22,328 bases of DNA from a virus (taxonomy: Duplodnaviria; Heunggongvirae; Uroviricota; Caudoviricetes). The notes under the pieces are model-generated. The model was given only the letters and a program-made list of their open reading frames with translations, did no database searches and was not told the origin of the DNA. Of this stretch, positions 1-8,453 are shown one piece after another (position 1 is the stretch's first letter; every line of letters starts with the position of its first letter). The stretch is taken from the IMG/VR virus record IMGVR_UViG_648861009_000003. One strand, given 5' to 3'. Made by a program: the position numbers and the translations under genes.

Positions 1-1164
1 TTACGCCTTCTTTATATCCTCCATAATTCCAGAGTGGGACATATTTGGGACATTATCACCAAAAATGTCGTCTATTTTCCTCGCATGCTCTGTCAAATGA
101 TTAGGCGCAAGGTGAGCATACCTACGAACCATTTCTATGGACTCCCATCCGCCCATTTCCTGAAGCACTGATAATGGGACGCCTGACTGAATCAGCCAGC
201 TTGCCCAGGTGTGTCTGAGGTCATGGAAACGGAAATCTTCAATTCCTGCACGACGACAAGCTGATAGCCATGATGTCTTGCTGTCGATGCGCATCTTCCT
301 GACCGCAGGCGTTGATGTTCCATCTGCTCGCTTAGCCGCCTTGGTATGTACAAACACCCATTTGTGATGCTTGCCTATTTGATCACGCAACACTTTACAG
401 GCGGTATCGTTCAGCGCCACACCAATGGCGCGGTTTGATTTGCTCTCTTCTGGATTCACCCAGGCAACTCGTCGCTGCATGTCGATTTGTTGCCATTCCA
501 GATTTATGATGTTCGACTTTCTCAGACCAGTTGCCAGCGCAAACTTGACGACAGATTTCAGTGGTTCGGGGCACTCATCAATAAGGCGTTTTGCTTCCTC
601 CTTTTCCAGCCATCTGACTCGCTTGTTTCTGACCGCTGGTATCTTGATGACAGGCGCTTTTTCCAGCCACTTCCAGTCGCGTTCTGCAGCACGGAGAATG
701 GCCTTTATCATGGCAAGATGCTTTGCCTTTGTCTGAGTTGATACTGGCTTTGGTTCATAAACAGGCAGTTCTTTACCTTTCCTGATGGCGGCCTGAACTT
801 TCTGTTTCCATATTTCTTTCGTCTTTCTGTTATGCATTCTGCTTACAGCAGAGTAAATCTTTGCCTCCGAGATATCTTTAAGCCTTATACCCTCAAAATG
901 TTCAAGCCAGAACTCAATCCGGCTTTTATCTGAATCGAGAGATTTTTTATCAGCTTTTTCCTCAAGCCATCTTAGGCAGGCCTCTTCAAAAGTGACATCA
1001 GGTAAATCCCCTAGCTTTTCTACTCGCCAGAGTTCTGCTTTTCGCTTGTCGTGCAACTCCTGAGCTTGCCGCTTGTCCTTTGTGCCAAGAGATTCCTTAA
1101 TTCGTTTCCCGCCCGGGAGCGAATACGAGGCATACCATATTTCATTTCTGCGGAAGAGTGACAT
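1..1164 (-). CDS. int: Tyrosine-type site-specific integrase (DLP12 IntD-like)
   Basis: 387-aa ORF with C-terminal tyrosine-recombinase motifs ([11 protein letters not shown] ... VRRYAHL); N-terminus [21 protein letters not shown] resembles DLP12/P4-family integrases as I recall them. Stop codon is at window positions 1-3, so attL and the tRNA target lie outside the window to the left. Confidence 0.93.
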   Translation of the reverse strand: MSLFRRNEIWYASYSLPGGKRIKESLGTKDKRQAQELHDKRKAELWRVEKLGDLPDVTFEEACLRWLEEKADKKSLDSDKSRIEFWLEHFEGIRLKDISEAKIYSAVSRMHNRKTKEIWKQKVQAAIRKGKELPVYEPKPVSTQTKAKHLAMIKAILRAAERDWKWLEKAPVIKIPAVRNKRVRWLEKEEAKRLIDECPEPLKSVVKFALATGLRKSNIINLEWQQIDMQRRVAWVNPEESKSNRAIGVALNDTACKVLRDQIGKHHKWVFVHTKAAKRADGTSTPAVRKMRIDSKTSWLSACRRAGIEDFRFHDLRHTWASWLIQSGVPLSVLQEMGGWESIEMVRRYAHLAPNHLTEHARKIDDIFGDNVPNMSHSGIMEDIKKA

Positions 1165-1391
1165 TTTCTTTCCTCTGTTATGCCATCACCCGCGCTCACC
1201 TGGACAGTATGCAGCGGAGACTGAAGCGCCGCAATGCAGGCTTGCCGTGTTGTGAGGTAAGGAGATTTTGGCTTGGTTGGATCTTTACGTGTTGCCTGTA
1301 GGCGGCCTGTTCGTATCCAGTTGGTGGCGGTTGGTCTGGATATCTTAAGAAACTGACAGGCCTCATCGAGTGTGAGGCTGTATGATTCCAT
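1020..1391 (-). CDS. xis: Excisionase-like HTH protein (Xis/AlpA type), start taken at MESYSL
   Basis: Directly upstream of int on the same strand and overlapping its 5' end; N-terminal segment [26 protein letters not shown] is a typical excisionase helix-turn-helix. The 123-aa length and 145-nt overlap with int are unusual, and the C-terminal half may be out-of-frame read-through. Confidence 0.5.
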   Translation of the reverse strand: MESYSLTLDEACQFLKISRPTATNWIRTGRLQATRKDPTKPKSPYLTTRQACIAALQSPLHTVQVSAGDGITEERKCHSSAEMKYGMPRIRSRAGNELRNLLAQRTSGKLRSCTTSEKQNSGE

Positions 1392-1641
1392 GGTTACCTC
1401 TGCTTTTTGAACGCATGTCACGTAACTTCTTAATGTGTTCTGCCGTTTCGATCTCTTCTGCTATCCGATCTGCATCAGCTTTATTCACAGGTTCAAAGTC
1501 ATGATTAAAGCGGAACATGCTGGCGATACATGTTCTGCCTTTTCGGATGTAGTGAACTTTGTTGTGGGTAGAACGCAGGATTTTGCAGGGAGTGCCGTGG
1601 TGGTCGACGTACCAGGTGTTAGGAAAAATGATTCTGAACAT
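1363..1641 (-). CDS. Hypothetical early-left protein (92 aa)
   Basis: ORF in early-left orientation between xis and the zinc-finger gene; overlaps the xis start by 29 nt; no family recognised. Confidence 0.4.
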   Translation of the reverse strand: MFRIIFPNTWYVDHHGTPCKILRSTHNKVHYIRKGRTCIASMFRFNHDFEPVNKADADRIAEEIETAEHIKKLRDMRSKSRGNHGIIQPHTR

Positions 1642-1688
1642 TTTTACACCTCAGTTGGACGATGTTGAAATTTGCTGCTTTGAGGCCA

Positions 1689-1907
1689 TCATAGTCCCCA
1701 TTGTTTGTTCTTAAGTTCGATCTCCTCCTGGCAACTTGCACAAGTCCGACAACCCTGAACAGCCAGGCGTCTTCGCTCATCTATCGGATCGCCACACTCA
1801 CAACAATGAGTTGCGGATACAGTCTGGTAGTTCAGACGACGCATTTTTATTGCTGTATTGCGCTGTAATTCTTCGATTTCTGATGCTGAATCAATGATGT
1901 CTGCCAT
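1689..1907 (-). CDS. TraR/DksA-family C4 zinc-finger protein
   Basis: 72 aa with CxxC-x17-CxxC (CCECGDPIDERRRLAVQGCRTCASC), typical of the small phage TraR/DksA-like proteins found near xis in lambdoid phages. Confidence 0.8.
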   Translation of the reverse strand: MADIIDSASEIEELQRNTAIKMRRLNYQTVSATHCCECGDPIDERRRLAVQGCRTCASCQEEIELKNKQWGL

Positions 1908-1999
1908 CTTCCATTAATCCCTGAATTGTTGGTTAATACGCTTGAGGATGAATGCGAACAATAAAAAAGGAGCCTGTAGCTCCCTGATGATTTTGCTTT

Positions 2000-2221
2000 T
2001 CATGTTAACCGTTCCTTAAAGACGCCGTTTAACATGCCGATCGCCAGGCTTAAATGAGTCGGTGTGAATCCCATCAGCGTTACCGTTTCACGGTGCTTCT
2101 TCAGTACGCTACGGCAAATGTCATCGACGTTTTTATCCGGAAACTGCTGTCTGGCTTTTTTGATTTCAGAATTAGCCTGACGGGCAATGCTGCGAAGGGC
2201 GTTTTCCTGCTGAGGTGTCAT
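2000..2221 (-). CDS. Hypothetical protein (73 aa from MTPQQENAL...)
   Basis: ORF in the xis-to-exo accessory region on the early-left strand; start chosen at the internal ATG (2219-2221); no family recognised. Confidence 0.4.
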   Translation of the reverse strand: MTPQQENALRSIARQANSEIKKARQQFPDKNVDDICRSVLKKHRETVTLMGFTPTHLSLAIGMLNGVFKERLT

Positions 2222-2297
2222 TGAACAAGTCCCATGTCGGCAAGCATAAGCACACAGAATATGAAGCCCGCTGCCAGAAAAATGCATTCCGTGGCTG

Positions 2298-2489
2298 TCA
2301 TACCGGGTCTCTCTCATCTGCTTCTGCTTTCGCCACCATCATTTCCAGCTTTTGTGAAAGGGATGCGGCTAACGTATGAAATTCTTCGTCTGTTTCTACT
2401 GGTATTGGCACAAACCTGACTCCAATTTGAGCAAGGCTATGTGCCATCTCAATACTCGTTCTTAACTCAACAGGAGATGCTTTGTGCAT
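2298..2489 (-). CDS. Hypothetical protein (63 aa)
   Basis: Small early-left ORF between exo and xis, the position of the lambda ea/orf genes; no family recognised. Confidence 0.35.
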   Translation of the reverse strand: MHKASPVELRTSIEMAHSLAQIGVRFVPIPVETDEEFHTLAASLSQKLEMMVAKAEADERDPV

Positions 2490-2650
2490 ACCGCCTCCCG
2501 TTTATTATTTATCTTCTCAGCCAGCCGCTGTGCTTTCAGGGGATTTCTGATAACAGAAAGGCCGGGAAATACCCAGCCTCGCTTTGTAATGGAGTAGACG
2601 AAAGTGATCGCGCCTACCCGGATATTATCGTGAGGATGCGTCATCGCCAT
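2462..2650 (-). CDS. Hypothetical protein (62 aa)
   Basis: Small ORF immediately downstream of exo on the same strand, overlapping the exo 3' end by 10 nt and the next ORF by 28 nt; uncertain. Confidence 0.3.
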   Translation of the reverse strand: MAMTHPHDNIRVGAITFVYSITKRGWVFPGLSVIRNPLKAQRLAEKINNKREAVCTKHLLLS

Positions 2651-3321
2651 TGCTCCCCAAATACAAAACCAATTTCAGCCAGTGCCTCGTCCATTTTTTC
2701 GATGAACTCCGGCACCATCTCGTCAAAACTCGCCATGTAATTTTCATCCCGCTCAACCACGACATAATGCAGGCCTTCACGCTTCATTCGTGGGTCATAG
2801 TTGGCAAAGTACCAGGCATCTTTTCGCGTCACCCACATGCTGTACTGCACCTGGGCCATGTAAGCCGACTTTATGGCCTCGAAACCACCGAGCCGGAATT
2901 TCATGAAATCCCGGGAGGTAAACGGGCATTTCAGTTCAAGGCCGTTGCCGTCACTGCATAAACCATCGGGAGAGCAGGCGGTGCGCATACTTTCGTCGCG
3001 ATAGATGATCGGGGATTCAGTAACATTCACGCCGGAAGTAAACTCAAACAGGGCTCTGGCGTCGTTCTCGTACTGTTTTCCCCAGGCCAGCGCCTTAGCA
3101 TTAACTTCCGGAGCCACACCGGTGCAAACCTCAGCCAGCAGGGTGTGGAAGTAGGACATTTTCATGTCAGGCCACTTCTTTCCTGAGCGGGGCTTTGCTA
3201 TCACGTTGTGAACTTCTGAAGCGGTGATGACGCCGAGCCGTAATTTGTGCCATGCATCATCCCCCTGTTCGACAGCTCTCACGTCGATCCCGGTACGCTG
3301 CAGGATAATGTCCGGTGTCAT
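2641..3321 (-). CDS. exo: Lambda exonuclease (Red alpha)
   Basis: 226-aa translation [50 protein letters not shown]... is near-identical to lambda Exo as I recall it; start overlaps the bet stop (ATGA). Confidence 0.96.
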   Translation of the reverse strand: MTPDIILQRTGIDVRAVEQGDDAWHKLRLGVITASEVHNVIAKPRSGKKWPDMKMSYFHTLLAEVCTGVAPEVNAKALAWGKQYENDARALFEFTSGVNVTESPIIYRDESMRTACSPDGLCSDGNGLELKCPFTSRDFMKFRLGGFEAIKSAYMAQVQYSMWVTRKDAWYFANYDPRMKREGLHYVVVERDENYMASFDEMVPEFIEKMDEALAEIGFVFGEQWR

Positions 3322-4103
3322 GCTGCCACCTTCTGCTCAGTGGCTTTCTGTTTCAGGAATCCAAGAGCTTTCACTGCTTCGGCCTGTGTCAGTTCTGACG
3401 ATGCGCGAATGTCGCGGCGAAATATCTGGGAACAGAGCGGCAATAAGTCGTCATCCCATGTTTTATCCAGGGCGATCAGCAGAGTGTTAATCTCCTGCAT
3501 GGTTTCATCGTTAACCGGAGTGATGTCGCGTTCCGGCTGACGTTCTGCAGTGTATGCGGTATTTTCGACAATGCGCTCGGCTTCATCCTTGTCATAGATA
3601 CCAGCAAATCCGAAGGCCAGACGGGCACACTGAATCATGGCTTTATGACGTAACATCCGTTTGGGATGCGACTGCCACGGTCCGGTGATTTCTCTGCCTT
3701 CGCGGGTTTTGAATGGTTCGCGGCGGCATTCATCCATCCACTCGGTAACGCAGATCGGATGATTGCGGTCCTTGCGGTAAATCCGGCATGTGCAGGATTC
3801 ATTGTCCTGCTCAAAGTCCATACCATCAAACTGCTGGTTTTCATTGATGATGCGGGACCAGCCATCAACGCCCACCACCGGAACGATGCCATTCTGCTTA
3901 TCAGGAAAGGCGTAAATTTCTTTCGTCCATGGATTAAGGCCGTACTGGTTGGCAACGATCAGTAATGCGATGAACTGCGCATCGCTGGCATCACCTTTAA
4001 ATGCCGTCTGGCGAAGAGTGGTGATCAGTTCCTGTGGGTCGACAGAATCCATGCCGACACGTTCAGCCAGCTTCCCTGCCAGCGTTGCGAGTGCTGTACT
4101 CAT
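3318..4103 (-). CDS. bet: Recombination protein Bet (Red beta, single-strand annealing)
   Basis: 261-aa translation [66 protein letters not shown]... matches lambda Beta. Confidence 0.96.
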   Translation of the reverse strand: MSTALATLAGKLAERVGMDSVDPQELITTLRQTAFKGDASDAQFIALLIVANQYGLNPWTKEIYAFPDKQNGIVPVVGVDGWSRIINENQQFDGMDFEQDNESCTCRIYRKDRNHPICVTEWMDECRREPFKTREGREITGPWQSHPKRMLRHKAMIQCARLAFGFAGIYDKDEAERIVENTAYTAERQPERDITPVNDETMQEINTLLIALDKTWDDDLLPLCSQIFRRDIRASSELTQAEAVKALGFLKQKATEQKVAA

Positions 4104-4108
4104 CCGTT

Positions 4109-4368
4109 TTATACCTCTGAATCAATATCAACCTGGTGGTGAGCAATGGTTTCAACCATGTACCGGATGTGTTCTGCCATGCGCTCCTGAAACTCAACAT
4201 CGTCATCAAACGCACGGGTAATGGCTTTTTTGCTGGCCCCGTGGCGTTGCAAATGATCGATGCATAGCGATTCAAACAGGTGCTGGGGCAGGCCTTTTTC
4301 CATGTCGTCTGCCAGTTCTGCCTCTTTCTCTTTCACGGGTCGATCTGCTGGTAGTGACGCGCCCAGCT
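4109..4368 (-). CDS. gam: gam, 3' portion (copy A) abutting the N-gap; 5' end corrupted by indels
   Basis: Translation ...[74 protein letters not shown] matches the lambda Gam C-terminus; the last ~40 nt before the gap carry extra bases relative to copy B. Confidence 0.75.
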
Positions 4369-4814
4369 NNNNNNNNNNNNNNNNNNNNNNNNNNNNNNNN
4401 NNNNNNNNNNNNNNNNNNNNNNNNNNNNNNNNNNNNNNNNNNNNNNNNNNNNNNNNNNNNNNNNNNNNNNNNNNNNNNNNNNNNNNNNNNNNNNNNNNNN
4501 NNNNNNNNNNNNNNNNNNNNNNNNNNNNNNNNNNNNNNNNNNNNNNNNNNNNNNNNNNNNNNNNNNNNNNNNNNNNNNNNNNNNNNNNNNNNNNNNNNNN
4601 NNNNNNNNNNNNNNNNNNNNNNNNNNNNNNNNNNNNNNNNNNNNNNNNNNNNNNNNNNNNNNNNNNNNNNNNNNNNNNNNNNNNNNNNNNNNNNNNNNNN
4701 NNNNNNNNNNNNNNNNNNNNNNNNNNNNNNNNNNNNNNNNNNNNNNNNNNNNNNNNNNNNNNNNNNNNNNNNNNNNNNNNNNNNNNNNNNNNNNNNNNNN
4801 NNNNNNNNNNNNNN
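4369..4814. other. Run of 446 N (assembly/scaffold gap)
   Basis: Contiguous N characters; both flanks are copies of the same gam sequence. Confidence 0.95.
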
Positions 4815-5111
4815 CCGTTTATACCTCTGAATCAATATCAACCTGGTGTGAAGCAATGGTTTCAACCATGTACCGGATGTGTTCTGCCATGCGCTCCTGA
4901 AACTCACATCGTCATCAACGCACGGGTAATGGCTTTTTGCTGGCCCGTGGCGTTGCAAATGATCGATGCATAGCGATTCAAACAGGTGCTGGGGCAGGCC
5001 TTTTTCCATGTCGTCTGCCAGTTCTGCCTCTTTCTCTTCACGGGCGATCTGCTGGTAGTGACGCGCCCAGCTCTGAGCCTCAAGACGATCCTGAATGTAA
5101 TAAGCGTTCAT
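4815..5111 (-). CDS. gam: gam, copy B: intact start ([34 protein letters not shown]...) but 3' part frameshifted by single-base deletions near the gap
   Basis: The N-terminal 56 aa match short-form lambda Gam; downstream the sequence is the same as 4105..4368 but with at least 6 one-base deletions. No in-frame upstream ATG for a long Gam form. Confidence 0.75.
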
Positions 5112-5186
5112 GGCTGAACTCCTGAAAATGGCTGTGAAAAAATCGCCCGCGGAATGCCAGGCTGATTCGGAAAACAGGAAAGGGGA

Positions 5187-5477
5187 TTAGTGATTCAGAC
5201 CGTTGCCGCGTCCGTCGAGAAAAACTTCCACGAGCAAGTCACGGGTATAAGTGCGCTCAATGCCGCGATGCAGATAAAGTCGTCCGCGTAAATTAGCTGA
5301 TGCAGTCCAGGTACCATCTTTGCGTTTGACCAGCATTCCTGGCATGACCGCACCGCGATTAACGGTCTGCGTTCCGTAATGTTGATGAACCATAAAAACT
5401 CCTGCCCGTAAGCTGGGCTGCTGAACATATAAAGACTTCTGCGCGTATTCAGGCGGTGGATGGCCGCCGGTTGTCAT
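5187..5477 (-). CDS. Hypothetical early-left protein (96 aa), first ORF downstream of the putative pL
   Basis: ORF on the early-left strand upstream of gam, in the kil/cIII position; no family recognised; start codon uncertain (internal Met at MVHQHYG or MPGMLVK possible). Confidence 0.3.
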   Translation of the reverse strand: MTTGGHPPPEYAQKSLYVQQPSLRAGVFMVHQHYGTQTVNRGAVMPGMLVKRKDGTWTASANLRGRLYLHRGIERTYTRDLLVEVFLDGRGNGLNH

Positions 5478-5644
5478 AACTAAGCCGCCTCGTTGAAGCG
5501 ACTAAGGTATGAAATGTTGAGTTGATTTCAGCTGGTCACACCGACGTTCACGCGTCCGTTTCATCCCTCGCACTCCCCGAAGCCTGCTGAAATTCAAGCT
5601 GCGGATCTAAGCGGTCATCGCAACGGTGAATCAGGTAGTTGCCG

Positions 5645-5750
5645 TATCGTTGTGTTGTTGCGATGAACTTATTTAAAACTATAGTTGTTTTATCGTCAAC
5701 AACAAAAGTTGTTTTATTGGTTGTTTTAGATATAACTGGTTGTATTTAGG
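5645..5750 (-). promoter_or_regulatory. Candidate oL/pL operator-promoter region
   Basis: Cluster of TGGTTGT(T)/AACAAC motifs (5652-5660, 5683-5690, 5699-5704, 5708-5714, 5719-5726, 5738-5745) resembling the inverted half-sites in the cI-cro intergenic region. Confidence 0.35.
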
Positions 5751-5837
5751 ATGGATTTATTTTGTGACTTGAATCGCATAGCGATAACTGAAGCGAGGTT
5801 ATGGTGGTTTTTTTAACGGTGTGTGTGATGAGGGGAG

Positions 5838-5867
5838 GGCAAAAGAAAACCCGGCACGGTGGCCGGG
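5838..5867 (-). terminator. Rho-independent terminator downstream of the accessory operon
   Basis: Minus-strand RNA would form the GC-rich hairpin cccggccaccgtgccggg followed by ttttctttt, 8 nt after the stop of the 310-aa gene. Confidence 0.55.
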
Positions 5868-5875
5868 TAGCATCA

Positions 5876-6808
5876 CTATTCGATTTTTTTAACCATGTAG
5901 TTACGTCGTGATGTTCCTAATCTTTCATTGTGAATCTCAGAAACGCTTACTACGAGCGATATTCGTTCACCAACTTTATATTTACTTTGAATTTCTCCTA
6001 ACATATCAATCGGATAAGAAGCCTTTATTTTTCCAAGCTCGCTTGCAATCTCCAATTTCCCGTACATGGATAAAATAGCAAGTTCGCCTGATATATGCTC
6101 ATCCGGTAGCTGAATGACCTTCGTTAAAGCTAAGCGAGCATTCAGTTTTTTTATATCTTCTGAAGAAATTGACACTTGTCTGGTACCATCACTTAAAGGT
6201 CCAATCCAAGTAAGATCAAAGTTAAGACTATATTTTTCGCACTCATTTATGATGTTTTTTAGGTTAGCTGTTGATTGCGAACCAATTTCGGCAATTTTAG
6301 CCGTGAATGTTTCTTCATCAATGGATGAGAGTAGTGCAAAAATCTCCTTAACAGCATGACTGGATACTGTTTCGATGAGCTCGCAAGAACCAGTAGAAAA
6401 AGTAACACCTAACTTCGTCGAACCTGGACGCAAGTCTGCCAATCTCATGTCTAATGATTTTTTAACATCAATCGGCACACGACTAGAATCTTTCCCAGAT
6501 CCAAGTCGGTAAACTGCTTTCTGTACAAGGGATGCGAGATTACCTGAAATTACAGATAGAATATCTAACGGAATAGACCCGAAATCGACCAAAACACCTT
6601 TTAATCTCAACTCCATGAAATCACGTAAAGGATGTTGGTTATCGATTGCACGTTGTCTCTCTCGGAGATCGCTCAGATGGGAGTCAAGTGATCTAAATAT
6701 AATGTCATCAGCAAATGATCTCCCCTTATTTTGAGCAAGCAGATCCACATCGCGTTGAATGAACGCAATTCGCTCCTTGAGGGAGTTGAATGTTTTTTCT
6801 TCGCTCAT
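5876..6808 (-). CDS. Unknown 310-aa protein, second gene of the repressor-linked accessory operon
   Basis: Long ORF with no family recognised; start overlaps the upstream NTase-like gene by 4 nt (ATGA), implying translational coupling; contains R-x4-H (RSLDSH) and R-x5-H (RAIDNQH) strings that are too common to count as evidence of HEPN. Confidence 0.75.
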   Translation of the reverse strand: MSEEKTFNSLKERIAFIQRDVDLLAQNKGRSFADDIIFRSLDSHLSDLRERQRAIDNQHPLRDFMELRLKGVLVDFGSIPLDILSVISGNLASLVQKAVYRLGSGKDSSRVPIDVKKSLDMRLADLRPGSTKLGVTFSTGSCELIETVSSHAVKEIFALLSSIDEETFTAKIAEIGSQSTANLKNIINECEKYSLNFDLTWIGPLSDGTRQVSISSEDIKKLNARLALTKVIQLPDEHISGELAILSMYGKLEIASELGKIKASYPIDMLGEIQSKYKVGERISLVVSVSEIHNERLGTSRRNYMVKKIE

Positions 6809-7278
6809 AACATTACCCTCACGAGGCCTTTAGGATTCTCCTTCCGATCAAAACCAAACCACCCTCTCCAGTAACTTCGCCTTTCACTATAATCGATTTC
6901 TGGATGATTTTCAGGCAGCAAAAGAACGTCAATGCTGTAGTTTTCTTTAATAAAATCTCTATTTAACAATGAGCTGACCAATGGCATCAGCGTGTTTGGC
7001 AAAGAGTTTAGGGCCAAATAATCGACGACCACGAGTATATCTATGTCATCAGGTTCAGGTTTCTCTGTAGTGAATGAACCATCGATCCACACTTCAGAGA
7101 AACATAGACACTGCTGATTAACAAGTTTAAATTGCTCAATAAGCTGTATAAAATTACAGTATAGCATACTTCTTCTAACGGATTTTGGGAAGGTGTCGAC
7201 ACAAAGAGACTTGATGCCATCACTATCCATATCATGAAATCCTGCTGTAAGAAGAGGTGGGAAGCTAGGCTTTTCCAT
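6805..7278 (-). CDS. Minimal pol-beta-type nucleotidyltransferase-like protein (157 aa)
   Basis: Motif VWIDGSFTTEKPEPDDIDILVVVD fits the GS-x9-DxD signature of minimal nucleotidyltransferases, with a further acidic residue in YSIDVLLLPE; lies 81 nt downstream of the repressor gene on the same strand. Confidence 0.7.
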   Translation of the reverse strand: MEKPSFPPLLTAGFHDMDSDGIKSLCVDTFPKSVRRSMLYCNFIQLIEQFKLVNQQCLCFSEVWIDGSFTTEKPEPDDIDILVVVDYLALNSLPNTLMPLVSSLLNRDFIKENYSIDVLLLPENHPEIDYSERRSYWRGWFGFDRKENPKGLVRVML

Positions 7279-7359
7279 CCTAAGTCCTTGTTTATGCCAT
7301 ATAGTGTTCTATTTAATATTCTTGAAAAGAGTGTGCCTTAAAAAGCTACAGGCTAATTA

Positions 7360-8049
7360 TTAACCATGCTTCCTGTACGTCTGCGGCATGCTCCCAATAA
7401 CCTTACCGAAGATGAACACCCGGTTCATCTCGTCTTTCTCGATCGGGTCCCACGGTGAGTAGCTTTTGTTATCAGAGATGACCAGCAGCTTATCCTTCAT
7501 CATTTGCAGGCGCTTTACATGGGCTGTGTCGTCGTACAGAAACGCATAGATACCATCACCGTCGAAAGATTTAACTGTGATATCAACGAACAGCAGATCA
7601 CCTGGTTCGATCGTTCCTGACATGCTGTCACCACGCACGTTAATGATGCGGATATTTTCCGCCTTCCTACCATCGAACATGTGACGAGCATCGTCAAACG
7701 AGTACTCAACCGAGCGTAGAACTTCTACAAACTCACGGTTGATGACTCCCGGCCCAGCACTGACTTCTATATCAAGAACGTCAATCTTGAAGTATTTGGA
7801 ATGGCTGACAGTTGATTGTATTGGTTGCACTGTACTGTCTGACATATTTCCAACGCCAGAAGATAACCATTCTGCGCGCACACCCAAAGCGTTCGCGATC
7901 TCCACGATTTTAGTTGTTTGATTAGCTTTCCCTGTTTCGATTTTCTGAATAGCAGCCTGGCTAACCCCGACCAAATCCCCAAGCGCCTTTTGTGTAAGGC
8001 CTCGCGCTAATCTGGCTTCTTTAAGTCTTTCTGAGAGTGTTGTTTTCAT
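7360..8049 (-). CDS. cI: CI-like prophage repressor (HTH_XRE N-terminal domain plus S24 LexA-like peptidase domain)
   Basis: Start taken at MKTTLSERLKEARLARGLTQKALGDLVGVSQAAIQKIETGK (HTH); C-terminal ...INVRGDSMSGTIEPGDLLFVD...HVKRL carries the S24 Ser/Lys autocleavage motifs; divergent from the cro-like gene. Confidence 0.9.
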   Translation of the reverse strand: MKTTLSERLKEARLARGLTQKALGDLVGVSQAAIQKIETGKANQTTKIVEIANALGVRAEWLSSGVGNMSDSTVQPIQSTVSHSKYFKIDVLDIEVSAGPGVINREFVEVLRSVEYSFDDARHMFDGRKAENIRIINVRGDSMSGTIEPGDLLFVDITVKSFDGDGIYAFLYDDTAHVKRLQMMKDKLLVISDNKSYSPWDPIEKDEMNRVFIFGKVIGSMPQTYRKHG

Positions 8050-8054
8050 AGTCC

Positions 8055-8153
8055 AAATGTACAACCAAGGTTTTATTCCATCAAACGAAAATGGTTGTTG
8101 ACTAAAAACAACCATAGTTTTAATCTTGATTCAAATTAACCACGGAGGTTGTT
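8055..8153. promoter_or_regulatory. Candidate oR/pR/pRM region between cI and cro
   Basis: Divergent intergenic region containing the inverted repeat ATGGTTGTT-N7-AACAACCAT (8091..8115) and a further ACAACCA half-site (8061..8067). Confidence 0.5.
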
Positions 8154-8384
8154 ATGAACCCAGCTATCAAAACAGCGATCAATATCGTTGGTTCACAAAA
8201 GAAACTGGGCGCTGCTTGCGAAGTTTCACAGCAGGCCGTCTATAAGTGGCTTCACAACAAAGCAAAGGTATCCCCTGAACATGTCGGCAGCATTGTTACG
8301 GCTACTGGTGGAGTAGTGAAGGCATACCAGATTCGCCCGGATCTTCCGAAGTTGTTTCCACACACCGAAAAGAACGCAGCTTAA
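8154..8384 (+). CDS. cro: Cro-like HTH protein (YdaS family)
   Basis: 76 aa, divergent from the repressor; AINIVGSQKKLGAACEVSQQAVYKWL is an HTH resembling Rac YdaS-type Cro proteins. Confidence 0.8.
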   Translation: MNPAIKTAINIVGSQKKLGAACEVSQQAVYKWLHNKAKVSPEHVGSIVTATGGVVKAYQIRPDLPKLFPHTEKNAA

Positions 8385-8453
8385 ATTTCCATTTCACGCT
8401 CTTTAACAATAAGCAATCAACTTAACAGTCAATTCAAACTAAAGGAGTCAATT

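Noticed and set aside
425-741. Plus-strand ORFs (103 and 84 aa) inside the integrase gene
   Set aside because: Antisense to a well-supported integrase ORF; low-complexity translations with no recognisable features.
3635-3965. ORFs (106 aa minus, 99 aa plus) overlapping bet
   Set aside because: Alternate-frame or antisense overlaps of a gene whose in-frame product matches lambda Beta.
4260-5111. Long ORFs containing runs of X (237, 279 and 158 aa) spanning the first N-run
   Set aside because: Artefacts of translating through N characters; only the flanking real sequence is informative.
4105-5111. A genuine tandem duplication of gam
   Set aside because: The two copies differ only by homopolymer-type single-base indels concentrated at the gap edges and each is individually broken, which fits overlapping low-quality contig ends better than a biological duplication.
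5195-5428. Alternative 77-aa ORF in another frame overlapping the 96-aa early-left ORF
   Set aside because: Cannot both be real; neither is recognisable, and the longer one was kept with low confidence.
7041-7982. Small ORFs (60-71 aa) nested within or antisense to the NTase-like and repressor genes
   Set aside because: Nested in or antisense to longer ORFs with recognisable motifs.
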